Below are positions 1 to 11,744 of a stretch of 63,896 nt of DNA, piece after piece; the first letter of the stretch is position 1; each line of letters begins with the position of its first letter. The notes below the pieces were generated by a model that did no database searches, was not told the DNA's origin, and saw only the letters and a program-made list of their open reading frames with translations. This DNA comes from Alphaproteobacteria bacterium (GTDB taxonomy: Bacteria; Pseudomonadota; Alphaproteobacteria; GCA-2731375): NCBI GenBank assembly GCA_965225945.1, contig CBDDBZ010000014.1, positions 1 to 63,896 of the forward strand, given 5' to 3'. Position numbers and translations under genes: made by a program.

Positions 1-596
1 AGAAATTCGATCGCGACTACAAGCACCTCAAGACCTTCGCGGGGCTCGGCGACAGCGAGGGCAAGACCATCGAGGCGGAGTTCATGACGGTCGGCCGGAA
101 CGGCTTGGTCTATGTCGCCGAGGCCGGCAACCACCGCATCAGCGCCTTCGACGTCGACGGCAATTTCAAGTTCGCCTTTGGCCGGCTGGGCGTCGGCCCC
201 GGCGAGATGAACCGCCCCGAGGCGGCGAAGGTCGATTCCGAGGGCAACCTTTGGGTCACCGACTTCGGCAACCACCGCATCCAGAAATTCACCGCCGAGG
301 GCAAGTTCCTGAAGAGTTTCGGCACGGTCGGCCAAGGGCCGGGCGAGTTCCGGCGCCCGACGGGCCTGGCGCTGGACAAGTTCGACGACCTATATGTCTG
401 CGATCTCGGCAACAACCGGGTGCAGGTGTTCGACAAGAACGGGGTCTTCAAATTCGCCTGGGGCGTGGAAGGGGCCGGCGAGGGCCAATTCGCCAATTTG
501 CACGGCATCATCGTCGGCGAGGCGGGCACCGTTCACGTCGGCGACACGGGCAACAACCGCGTCCAAAAGTTCAAGATCTTGAACTTCGGGAAGTGA
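1..596 (+). CDS. NHL-repeat (beta-propeller) protein, 5' truncated by window edge
   Basis: Repeats of the type P.GLALD...LYVCD.GNNRVQVFD..G.F...G; frame is open upstream of 84 (KFDRDYKHLKTFAG...). Confidence 0.85.
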   Translation, partial: KFDRDYKHLKTFAGLGDSEGKTIEAEFMTVGRNGLVYVAEAGNHRISAFDVDGNFKFAFGRLGVGPGEMNRPEAAKVDSEGNLWVTDFGNHRIQKFTAEGKFLKSFGTVGQGPGEFRRPTGLALDKFDDLYVCDLGNNRVQVFDKNGVFKFAWGVEGAGEGQFANLHGIIVGEAGTVHVGDTGNNRVQKFKILNFGK

Positions 597-1021
597 TCCC
601 GAAACCGTTTGGAACGCCCCCCGGGAGAAAGACAGTCGTGATTTTGAAACCGTTCGGCTCCATCGCAGCCCGCCTCCACGCCGTGGTGTTGATCGTGCTG
701 ATCGGCTTCGGCTCGTTCGGGACGACCGCAATTGTGCTCCTGCGGCAGATGGAGCGTGCCTATGTGCAGCGCGCCAACCTCCTCGACGCGCGCGCCGATA
801 TGGAGACGTTTCGCAAATCGTTTCTGGAATCGATCGTGCTTCTGGATCAGATCCTGTTCGAGGACGAGGCCGAGGCGGTTCCGCGCCTGCTCTCCCGTAA
901 CGAGGATACCTTGGCCAGTTTCTCGCACTACCAGATTCAAGCAGAAGCACACGGACTGCGTGACGAAGTGCATGCGGCCACCGAGCACGAGCCCGTCGTG
1001 TTCAGGTTGCGCAATGATTTT

Positions 1022-2051
1022 CCTGATTACGCATCAACCTCAGCCAATTTGAGGAGCCGATATGGCATGGGGGGCGTGCGCAGGGCGTCGCGTCCGAGGG
1101 CCTCGATCATGTCGGCGAGCCGGTAGCGGCGGTTATATCGGTATTGGAACGCCGCCAGGTAGCGCGGAACGTGTTTGGGCCGGATCGCATGGTAGGTGCC
1201 ACGCAGGGTGTTCTTGAGATTGCCGAGGGTGGTGTTGACCCATTTGAAGGCCGGCACGGCGACGGCCCCTGGTCCGGAGCCGGTGGGTATCGGATGGTGG
1301 GCGCAGCCTTGCGCGGTGACCGCGGTGAAGCAGTTGAGCCCGTCGCTGAAGACGCTCGTCCCGGGGCTCAGGTCGCGCTTGGCCATCTTGGCGATTTCGG
1401 CCTTGCGGAAGCCCTTGACGCGGCGCAGCTTGATGCGCACGGGCTGGCCCTCCGCCGTGGTCTGGACGGCGGCGACGAACGGCGTCTTGCCCGGCGGGCC
1501 CCGGCCGCGCTTGGCCCCGGAACGGCGGCCGCCGAGGTAGGCGTCGTCCATCTCCACCCGTCCGGTGAGCGGCAATTTGGCGTCGCGCTCGAGCATGGAT
1601 TGCATCAGTTTCTGCTTGATCTTCCAGGCCGTGGTCTGGGTGACGCCGAGCCGGCGGCCGAGTTCGATGGAGGAGATCCCCTTCTTCGATTGGGTCATGT
1701 GATAGATCGCCGAAAACCACAGGGTCAGCGCCAGCTTGGTCGCGTGGAAGAGCGTGCCGGCGGTCAGCGAGACTTGATGACGGCAGGCGGCGCATTGGTA
1801 GAGTTTTCGCCCGGCGATCTCGCAATGGCGCGTGGCACCGCATCGGGGGCAGGAGAAGCCCTCCGGCCAACGCCAGCGGAACAGGGCCTCGCGACACTGC
1901 TCCTCGGTGCCGTACATTTCACGGAAACGCGGCTCGCTGAGCCCCTACTGGAACTGAACCTTGTTGCGTGACATCGTGAACTCCCTGAAAAACCGCCAAA
2001 GGTTCATGATTTGTACCACACCTGGTCGGCTGAGTGAAGCGCGTAATCAGG
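1022..2051 (-). mobile_element. IS1595-family insertion sequence
   Basis: Imperfect 24-bp IRs (CCTGATTACGCATCAACCTCAGCC / CCTGATTACGCGCTTCACTCAGCC); 8-bp TSD ATGATTTT at 1014-1021 and 2052-2059. Confidence 0.93.
1027..1974 (-). CDS. IS1595-family transposase (in-frame TAG at codon 10; downstream ATG at 1917)
   Basis: Zn ribbon CPRCG...CAAC, EMDDAYLGG, SDG, AAFQYRYNRR; MSRNKVQFQ*GLSE with TAG at 1945-1947. Confidence 0.88.
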
Positions 2052-3172
2052 ATGATTTTTATCGCGCCCTCGCGGCTTACCGGGACGATGATCGGGAACA
2101 GGCGTTGCGAATTCGTCGAGACGTCCTTCGATACCGGCTCCGGGTGGTCTCGACGTTTCTCGCCAACACCGAAGAAATTCGAAATTTCCGCATCGCCGAT
2201 GCCGACAGGACGTTTCGGGACTTGCGCCAACGGTTGGTGGTATCCGCCCTCGTTATTTTCTCCGTCACGCTGCTGATCAGCATCGGCACGGCCTATTTGG
2301 TGGTACGCTCGATCGCGGTCCCCCTTTCGCGGTTGAGCCAGGCCATGGCGACGATTCGGCCGGACACGTACGATTTCGCCACCGACTACGACCCGGCGAA
2401 ATTCGGCAGCGGCGAGACTGCCCAACTGGGCCATGCCTTCAACAAAATGGCGACCGACCTTCGCACGGTCCAGGACCAGCTCCTGCGGAAGGAACGCCTG
2501 TCGTCGATCGGCCAGGTCACGGCGACGGTGAGCCATGAGCTGCGCAACCCGCTGGGAGCGATCCGCTCGGGCATCGACGTGATCAAGAAATTCACCGTCG
2601 AGGCGCCACCACACATGAACCGAGCGGTCGCGCTGATCGAACGCGCCGAGGGCCGGTGCAACGCCATCATCACCGATCTCCTGGATTTCACCCGCGCCCA
2701 TGAGTTGGATCGGACGGCCATGGCGGTTGACGACTGGCTCGAAAACGTGCTGGACGAATTCGTTCCGCCTCCGGATTTGAGCTTGCGGCGGGAGTTGAAT
2801 GCGGGAGTTTCGATCGAACTCGATCACGAACGGCTGCGCCGCGTTGTGCAAAACGTTCTCGACAATGCCTGTCAGGCCCTGGACGGCGACGGCGAAGTCC
2901 GGACGGCGGAGATCGCGGTTACCACCGCCGTGGCGGGGGACCGCGTGGAGATAACCATTAGCGACAACGGCCCCGGCATCGCCCCCGCTGATTTGGAGCT
3001 GATCTTCGAGCCCCTGTTCACGACCAAGTCGATCGGCGTGGGTCTCGGGCTGCCGATGGTGCGCCAGATCATGGAACAACACGGCGGTGGCGTGGAGATC
3101 ACCAGCGAGCTCGACCGTGGCACCCGCGTCGTCCTCGGGATACCGTTGCAGAGTTCAGCATAAGGATAAACC

Positions 3173-3898
3173 ATGACGCCTCTCGAGATCTTCATCGTCG
3201 ATGACGACCCGGACTTTGCCGAAGGCATGGCATTGATGCTCGAAGTCGCCGGTCACGCGGTGGAAACCGCCTCCAGCGGCGAGGACGCGGTGCGAAAATT
3301 CGCCGAGCGGGACTTCGACATGACCTTCATGGATGTTCGCATGCCGGGGATGAACGGGGTCGAGAGCTTTTTCGAGATCCGCAAGATCAAGCCCGATGCC
3401 AAGGTGATGATGATGACCGCCTATAGCGTCGAGCAGTTGCTCGAGCAGGCCGTGGACGGCGGTGCCTTGGGCGTCTTGTACAAGCCGATATCCGAGGCGG
3501 CGTTGTTGGCGGCGGTGAAGGCGGCGAAGGCGGCCGGGATCGTTCTCCTGGTCGACGACGATCCGGATTTCGCCGAAGGCATCGAGCAGATCCTGGAAGA
3601 CGCGGGCTATGCGGTGGTTATCGCCCGCGATGGTCGCGAGGCCGTCGACAAGGCGGTCGATGGTGCCTTCGATGTCTTGGTGCTCGATCTCAAACTGCCG
3701 GTTCTGAGCGGCCTCGAGGTCTATCTGGAGCTGAAAAAGCGGGAGCGCACCCTGGCGACGATCATCGTCACCGGCTATGCGGTCGAGGAGGCGGACAGCA
3801 TAGATGCGCTCGCCGACACGTCCGTGACGGGCTGCTTGATGAAACCCGTCGCCTCGGAAAAGTTGCTCGAAGCTATCGAAGTGCTGCAACGAGAATAG
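3173..3898 (+). CDS. Response regulator with two tandem REC domains
   Basis: Two copies of VDDDPDFAEG...D(V/L).(M/L)P...T(A/G)Y...KP. Confidence 0.9.
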   Translation: MTPLEIFIVDDDPDFAEGMALMLEVAGHAVETASSGEDAVRKFAERDFDMTFMDVRMPGMNGVESFFEIRKIKPDAKVMMMTAYSVEQLLEQAVDGGALGVLYKPISEAALLAAVKAAKAAGIVLLVDDDPDFAEGIEQILEDAGYAVVIARDGREAVDKAVDGAFDVLVLDLKLPVLSGLEVYLELKKRERTLATIIVTGYAVEEADSIDALADTSVTGCLMKPVASEKLLEAIEVLQRE

Positions 3899-4417
3899 AG
3901 GCTGATATGGTCATGCCCGCCCCCGAGGCGATGCCCGCGGCCGAAGGCTCCGAGCGCAAGATCCTGATCGTCGACGACGATGCCGATTTCACCGAAGGCC
4001 TGGATCTCCTGCTGACGGCGGAAGGCTACGCGGTCCAATCGGCCCGTGACATCGCCGATGCCACCGATGCACTCGAGCGGTTCGATGCCGACTTGATCCT
4101 GGTCGATCTCCACCTGGGGAAGGAAAGCGGCGTCGATTTGATAGATCGGCTGAAAGTGCGCCGATCATCGATCGGTTGCGTTCTGATGACGGCCTATGTG
4201 GAGGTCGAGGCGGTGGTCAGCGCCTTGCGCCATGGTGCTCAGGACTTTCTGACCAAGCCCATCCACAAGGACCTCCTGCTCACCGTACTGGATCGCTGTT
4301 TCGAGAGACGCGAGCTGGGGAAGGCGAAAGCCGCCGCCGAGGAGGCGCTGCGCGAGGCCCACGACAAACTGGAACAACGCGTCGAGGAACGCACGTCCGA
4401 GCTGAACCAAGAAATAC

Positions 4418-6069
4418 GTAACTGCCCAGGTAGCTGATTTCGATGAGGCTGCGGATTGGGTCTCTGGGGGCAGATTTTGTGGGTTTGGGGCGCTGACGGC
4501 CTAGATTTCGTTTGACAGAGGGTGGTTGGTCGATTCTAAGGATTCGATGGATAGGGATGTTCTTGCCTTTTTGTCGAAAGACGAGCTGATCGATGTGGTG
4601 CTGGCCCAAGGGTCGCGGCTCGCCGAGTTCGAACTCCGGCTTGGTGAACTCGAGCGCCGGCTTGGCCTGAACAGCACGAACAGCGGCAAGCCACCGTCGA
4701 GCGATGGATTGAACAAGCCACCGGCGGGTAAAAAGAAGCGCACCAGGAGCCTCCGTAAGAAATCGGCCCGCAAGCCGGGCGGGCAAAAGGGCCACAAGGG
4801 CGAGACCCTGCGCCAAGTCGCCGATCCCGACGCCACCGTCGACCATTATCCCGAGACGTGCCAGTGGTGTGGTTCGGGATTGACGCCGGATATGGCTACC
4901 GGCCATGGGGCCCGCCAGGTTTTCGATCTACCCGAGCCCCGGCCCCTGGTGGTCACGGAGCATCGGGCGCATCGCTGCCGTTGCGGGGATTGCGGCACGT
5001 ACACTCGGCACTACCAACTCCTGTCTTTTCCCGTCGCCATCACCGGCCCGGTTCAATACGGCGACCTTCTTTTCCCGTCGCCATCACCGGCCCGGTTCAA
5101 TACGGCGCTCGGATCGGAGCCATGGTGGTCTACCTGTCGCACTACCAACTCCTGCCCGAGGACCGCCTGGCTGAATTGATGAAGGATCTGTTCGGGGCGG
5201 AACTGTCTCCGGCGAGCCTCGCGCGGAGGGGCGGGAACAGCGCCGAGTCCGTCCAAGGCGTCGTCGATGTGATCCGCGAACTGGTGAAATCGGCGCCGGT
5301 CAAGCACATGGACGAGACCGGCTTGCGGATCGCCGGGCGGACCCAATGGTTGCACGTCGCCTCGACCGCGCGGTTGACCTTCTATCGGGTCTCGGAGCGA
5401 CGCGGCAGCCTGCTCGGCGGAGTCGGCGGCATCGTCGTCCATGACCACTGGAAGCCGTACTTTACGATGGAGGGCGTACGGCACGCGCTGTGCAACGCCC
5501 ATCACCTGCGCGAGTTGCAAGCCCTGATCGAGATCGAGAAGGAGGGCTGGGCACGCAAGATGCAGAGACTATTGCGCCGCGCCTGCCACGCGGTAAATCT
5601 CGCCCGGGAGCGGGGCGTGGCGCTGAAACCAGGCCTCGTCGAGCGCTTCCGAGGGTGTTACGACGCGATCACGGCCGAGGGCATCGCCTTTCACGAGGCA
5701 CAACCTCCTCTTGCGCCCAAATCGAGCAAGGCCAAGCGCCGGGGAAGCAAGCCGCGCCGCACCGGGCACAACCTTCTCCGGCGCCTTCAGACACACAAGG
5801 AAGACGCGCTGCGCTTCCTCATCAATTTCGCCGTGCCGTTCACCAACAATCAGGCCGAGCAGGACGGGCGCATGATGAAGGTCAAGCAGAAAATCTCCGG
5901 CGGCTTCCGCAGCCAGAAAGGCGCCGAAGATTTTGCCACCGTCCGCGGCTTCATCTCGACCGCTAGAAAACAGGGCTGGAACATCATCCAGGCGCTCATG
6001 GAAAATCCCGAAACCCTGATCGAGCGTCTCCACGCCGCCTAAAAGGCCACCATGTACCTGGGCAGTTAC
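4418..6069 (+). mobile_element. IS66-family element (single-ORF type), transposase frameshifted by an internal duplication
   Basis: IRs GTAACTGCCCAGGTA; 8-bp TSD AGAAATAC (4410-4417, 6070-6077); NSGKPPSSD, DETG, CNAHHLREL, TNNQAE motifs in ORF 4547-6042. Confidence 0.93.
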
Positions 6070-6250
6070 AGAAATACAACAACGGATTCAGGCGGAAGAG
6101 GCGGCCGAGGAAAGCGAGATTCGGTTCCGCGATCTGATCGAGGGCTCCATCGAAGGCATTGTGATCAACAGGAGTTTCAAGCCGTGAGTCGGACCCGATT
6201 TCCTTGGACACAGAATTGGCTTAATCGAAGTGTCCAAGGAGGACCGGAAC

Positions 6251-6662
6251 ATGACCGACAATTTTGAGAACAAAGTTGCTGTTGATGGGCCTGTGGTAAA
6301 CGAGGGCGAGCTTGGCTCGTCCACGTTTTCCCCGGGCCAGGTTTCGCCGGCAGGCCCGCTGGGACTTGGCCAGCGGTGGACGGTGACGCGCAAGCGTGAG
6401 GTTGCCCTGCGGCTTTTTGCGTGGCGAGCCGGTGGAACTTTTGTCGCGGCAGTTGGGCGTGGAGATTTTCCGGCTCGAGCAGTGGCGTGAGAAGGCGATC
6501 GCCGGGATCGATGCCTCGCTCAAGGAACGCAAGGGCGATCCGGTAAAGGCGGAACTGGACATCGCCATGAAGCGGATCGGGGAGTTGATCATGCAGGTGG
6601 AACTGCTGGAGGCCAAGACGGAGACGTCCGGCCCTTTGGGGCGGCGGAGGTCGCGGCGATGA
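6251..6662 (+). pseudogene. IS orfA (HTH), +1 frameshift in a T run near 6415
   Basis: GQRWTVTRKREVALRL in one frame continues as LRGEPVELLSRQLGV in the next. Confidence 0.7.
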
Positions 6663-7570
6663 GTGCCGCCACCTCTCCCGGCACGGGTTTGGCCTACGGC
6701 CTCCAGCGGGTCTGTGCGGCCTGGGGTTTTGCCCGTTCCTCGTTCTACGCCATGAAATCCCGGCAGCAGGCCACCGCTGAGCGCCCACCAGCAAAGCGCC
6801 GGGGACCGAAGCCCTCGATCTCGGACGAGGCTCTGCTGGTGGCCATCGAGGCCGACCTGGAGGCATCCCCCTGGGAGGGCGAGGGACACCGCAAGGTCTG
6901 GGCTCGGCTTCGGGTCTGTCGTGGCATCCGTGTTTCCCGCAAGCGGGTGCTCCGGGTGATGCGCGAGAACAACCTGCTCTCGCCCCATCGCTGCCGCCGC
7001 CGTGGCGGAAATCCCCATGTCGGTGAGATCATCACCCATGCCCCCAACCTCATGTGGGGCACGGACGGCGTTCGGGTGTTCACGGTGGACGACGGCTGGG
7101 GCTGGATATTCACCGCCATCGAGCATTGGAACGCCGAGTGCGTCGGCTGGCATGTGTGCAAGCGAGGCGACCGCTTCGCCGCCCTTCAGCCGATCTCCAT
7201 GGGGCTTGCGAGGCTGTATGCCTCGACCTCCGCCGGTGCGGCGCGGGGGCTGGCCTTGCGGATGGATCACGGCTCCCAGTATCTGTCGGACCACTTCACC
7301 AACCAGATCAAGTTCTGGGGCATCCAGCCGTCCTACGCCTTCGTCGAACAGCCCCAGACCAACGGCGTCGCCGAGAGGTTCAATCGCACGCTCAAGGAAC
7401 AGATCATCCATGGCCGCATCTACCGCAACATCGCGGAGCTGCGGAACGCCGTCCGCGGGTTCGTCGAACAGTACAATGCCCAGTGGATCGTGGAGAAGAA
7501 CGGCTACCTGAGCCCCGCTCAAGCTCGTCAGGCGTGGCACACCGCGATGTCACTCAGGCCCGCCGCATGA
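6659..7570 (+). CDS. IS orfB transposase (rve/DDE)
   Basis: WGTD, RMDHGSQY, NGVAERFNRTLKE motifs; ATGA overlap with orfA. Confidence 0.9.
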   Translation: MSAATSPGTGLAYGLQRVCAAWGFARSSFYAMKSRQQATAERPPAKRRGPKPSISDEALLVAIEADLEASPWEGEGHRKVWARLRVCRGIRVSRKRVLRVMRENNLLSPHRCRRRGGNPHVGEIITHAPNLMWGTDGVRVFTVDDGWGWIFTAIEHWNAECVGWHVCKRGDRFAALQPISMGLARLYASTSAGAARGLALRMDHGSQYLSDHFTNQIKFWGIQPSYAFVEQPQTNGVAERFNRTLKEQIIHGRIYRNIAELRNAVRGFVEQYNAQWIVEKNGYLSPAQARQAWHTAMSLRPAA

Positions 7571-9030
7571 GACAAACTTGTGTCCAAGGAACCGGGTGCG
7601 ATACAGGAGTTTCAAGCCGCTGTTCGCCAATGACACCTACGCAAGAATGCTCGGATACGACAGTTCAGAGGAAATAATTGGCCTCGACACGGTGCTCGAA
7701 ACCGCCGCGCCGCACGAGCGGGCGCGCATCGAGGGCTATGCGGCGGCACGGCTGCGCGGGGACGGCGCCCCTAGCCAATACGATTACGAGGGCTTGAGAA
7801 AAGACGGCTCGACGATCTGGTTGGACAATCGGGTCCGCTTGGTCACATGGAACGGTGAGGCCGCGATCCAGTCCACCGTAGTGGACATCACCGGGCGCCG
7901 GCGAGCCGAAAGGGAACTCGAGAAGAGCAAACGACGCTTGAACGACTATCTCGAAGCCTCGACCGACTGGTTCTGGGAAATGGACGAGAATTGCCGCTTT
8001 TCCTATTTCTCCGATCGTTTCGAAAAGGTGACCGGCGTTCCGCCAAGGATGCTGCTCGGAAAGACCCGGGAGGAGACGGGCATCCCCGATGTCGACCCGA
8101 TGGCCTGGCAAGAGCATCTGGATAACTTGGCCGCCCGGCGATCGTTCCGTGACTTTCGCCATCCCCGCACGCTCGCCGACGGCAGCCTCGTCACGCTATC
8201 GATCAACGGCAAGGCGATCTTCGATGCCGAGGGCAACTTCCAGGGCTACCGCGGCACCGGCCGCGATATCACCGACCTCGTCACCGCGGAACGACGGGCG
8301 CGACGCGCGGAGACGCATTTGACGAGCGCGGTGGCGGGCCTCTCGGAGCTGTTCGTTCTGTGGGACGGCGACGGTCGGTTCGTCCTGTGCAACGAGGAAT
8401 TCCGCCGGATCAACCGACGCGTGATCGAGACATGCCAGCCCGGCGTATCCTTTCACGATCACATCCGCGCGGCACTCGACGCGGGCCTTTACCCGGAAGC
8501 CGAGGGACGAGAGGACGAATGGTTGACGGAACGCCTCGCCCGACACCGCGACCCCGCCGCGCCCTTTGAATTGGCCCGCCAAGACGGACGGTGGCTGTTG
8601 ATCAACGAGCAAAAGATGCCCGGCGGCGGCACTGTGACCATTGCCACCGACATCACCGAACGCAAGCAGGCCGAGAAGGCGCTGCGCGAGAGTGAAAGAC
8701 GCTATCGGCATATCTTCGATGATTCCGTCGTCGGCACTGCCTTGGTCGCGCCTAAAGAGAGCGAGCCGGACGGCCGCTTTAGCCAGGTGAATCGGGCTTT
8801 CTGCGAGATGCTCGGCTATTCCGAGGAGGAACTGCTGTGCATGACCATCAACGACGTGACCCACCCCGACGACCGCGAACCCAACCTCCGGCTCCGGCGT
8901 CAAATTGTTGAAGGCTCGACTGATGGCTTCCAACTGGAAAAGCGTTACATCCATAAAACGGGGCGCATCGTTTGGGCCCAACTGCGTGTCACGGCTATTC
9001 GCGACGAGGATGGGCGCTACATCTATGATA

Positions 9031-10168
9031 TACTCGCCTCACCGCAGAACCCGAAAATCCTTGTGCGAGATGATTCGGAAATTGTCGGTGATGGTGTCGC
9101 GCCACGTCGTCCACTCTCGTGGCAGTCGTCGGCGGAAGAAATCGTCGATGGCTTCGGTGAAGAGGGCGAAGCTGGCGTAGAAGCTGTTGTGGGTCACCTC
9201 GCGATGCATGACGCCCCATAATCGCTCGATGGCGTTGAGGTGGGGAGCGTAGGACGGTTGGAAGATGAGCTTGATGCGGCAACCCGGTCTCTCCAGCCAT
9301 TGTCGGACCAGGCGGGCGTGGTGATAGCGGGCATTGTCGGCGAAGACATAGATCCGCGACTTGCCGGGATTGGTGGCCTCCAGCATCTCGAACAGCGCGA
9401 TCGTCGAGGCGGCGTTGATCCTCTCGGCCTGGACCAAGGGGCAGTGGAAGTTTTCCAGGTTGAGCGCGCCGTGGAGATTGATGCGCTGGCGCCCCGAGGT
9501 CCGGCGTAACGCCACTTTGTCGCCCTTCTTGACCCAGCCATGGACTGGGCGGGACTGGAATTCCGGGTGCACCGCATCGGCGAAGTAGACCACCTCGTCG
9601 GCGGCCAAGCCGTTGAGAAACTTATCATAGGCCTCGATAAAGGCGGCCTGCTCGGCCTCATCGGCCTGAGCCGGCAGGCTTTTCGGGCGCTTGTATTCGA
9701 AGCCCAGGCGATGCATCACCTTGATGCAGCCCGAATGGCTGTAGATCACTCCGTAGGTCGCCTTGATATGGGCTGCCACCTCGCCGGTATCGCGGTAAAG
9801 CCGTTGGCTCAGATGGGCCGAAAGCTCCGCCTCTTGCTCCCGGCTCAGATGGCCCGACCGGCCATGCCAGTCGAACAGCGTCATTTCATCCAGGCCGCCC
9901 GCACGGTAGCGCTTCAGCCACGTCCGCACCGTGTCGTCGTCGAGGTAGAGCCCCTTCGCCACCTCGACGCAGCTCAAGCCGTCATCCAAGAGCAGAACGG
10001 CGTTCGCGCGGCGCGCCACCCCGTGGGTCTCGCTCGGATGCCCCATCACCGCCTCCAGGGCCGCGCGTTCCTCGATGCTCAGAAATCCACCGCGAATCAT
10101 GACCGCGAGAAGAATCGATCCGCAGCCGGATTGCCAGAACTTTTTCGGGTCTGCGGGGAGTCGGGGTA
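9031..10168 (-). mobile_element. IS630-family element; transposase 9039-10100
   Basis: TA TSD (9029-9030, 10169-10170); imperfect IRs TACTCGCCTCACCGCAGAACCCGAAAA / TACCCCGACTCCCCGCAGACCCGAAAA; DNARYH and YAPHLNAIERLW motifs. Confidence 0.93.
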
Positions 10169-11744
10169 TATCGGCCATCATCAGGACATCACCGACCTCA
10201 AGCAATCGGAAGAAGCCGTGCGGTACAGTCGTGCGCGGTTTCGTGACTACGCCGAGGCCTCGGCGTATTGGTTCTGGGAGATGGATGCCGATCTTCGGTT
10301 CACCTACATGTCGCCGAACGTCGAGCGCGTCGTCGGGGTGAAGCCAGAATGGCACTACGGCAAGACGCGTCAAGACATCCTCGGCACTGGCTATGACCGC
10401 GAGACCTGGGACGCGCATCTAAAGACCCTGCGCCGGCATGAGCCGTTCCGGGATTTCGTCTTTTACCGTGTCGGCGAGGGTGTCGAGCCGCGCTGGCTGA
10501 GCACGAGCGGAACGCCGGTCTTTGACCAAGACGGAGACTTCCAAGGCTACCGCGGTAGCGGGAGCGACGTTACCGGTGCGGTCGCCGCCGAGCGGGCAAT
10601 CCAGGAGAGCGAGGCGCAAATGCGCCTCGTCACCGACAATCTGCCGGTATTGATCGTCCAATTCGATGCGGAACTGCGCTTTCAGTTCGCCAACGATTCG
10701 ATGCCTGCCAGAAGCCAGAAGTGGTACGCGAGACCGCTCGATCGAATTATCGGCGCCACCGTCGGCGAAGTGTTGGGCGCCGAGGCGATGGCGGTCCTGC
10801 GCCCGCGCCTGGACGCCGCCAGGCAAGGCGAGACCACGAGCTTCGAGGAACGGGTCACGTATCCCGACGGAGTCACGCGCGACGTCCAGATCACCTATAT
10901 CCCGAACCGGGGCTCGAACGGCGATGTCGCCGGTGGCTTCGGCCTCGTCATGGACATCACCGGGCAGAAGAGGGCCGAGGTGGCCAGAGACCGCTTCCTC
11001 GATGCGATCGAGAACCTGTCCGAGGGGCTGGCGCTCTATGATGGCGAGGAGCGCCTGGTGATATGCAATAGAGAATACCGTCGGGTCCTCGGGCTCGCCG
11101 GAGACGTCGCCAAGCCCGGCATGAGGTTGGAAGAAATTCTCCGCGCGATGATCGAAAGAGGCGTAATTCCGGAGGCCGAGGCGGACCCGGAGGCGTGGCT
11201 CGAGGCGCGGATGGTCCGTCATCGCCGCGCATCGGGAGATCCCGAGGTCTTTGAGGCCGAGCGAGTCGATCGGCGCTATCTGGTCTGCGAAGAACGGCTG
11301 CGCGATGGGAGTGTGATTATCTCGACACTGGACATCACCGAGCGGAAGGAGGCCGAAGAGGCGCTCCGCGAGCGGGAGGCCATGTTGAACGCGGTCGTCG
11401 AAAACGTCCCGATTTCGCTTTGTCTGAAAGACCGCGAGGGGCGCTTCACCTTGGTCAATCCTGGCTTCGAACGGCTCCACGGCGTCACCGCCGCCGAGGT
11501 CCTGGGCAAGACGTTTTTCGACATCTTGCCCCATGAAATCGCCGCCGATGCCGCCGCCGAAGATCGCCACGTGGTGCAGAGCGGCGAGCCTCTGCGCACG
11601 GATTACTCCTGGCCCGCCCATTTGGGAGTCCAGCACGAATTGATCTTCAAGTTTCCGCTTCGCCTTCACCATGAAGGTCCAATCACGGGCGTTGGTGTCA
11701 TCGCGCTGGATATCACCGAGCAGAGGCGGCAGGAGGAACAACTC

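Larger units (their letters stand above)
638..3163 (+). pseudogene. Membrane HAMP-domain sensor histidine kinase interrupted by IS1595
   Basis: 638-1021 plus 2060-3163 join in frame (FRLRNDF|YRALAAY), 495 aa; two TM segments, HAMP, H-box SHELRNPL, G-boxes DNGPGI and GVGLGL. Confidence 0.88.
6185..7605 (+). mobile_element. IS3-like element (orfA/orfB, DDE integrase core)
   Basis: TG...CA ends; IRs TGAGTCGGACCCGATTTCCTTGGACACA / TGTATCGCACCCGGTTCCTTGGACACA; 14-bp direct repeat GGAGTTTCAAGCCG (6171-6184, 7606-7619). Confidence 0.88.
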
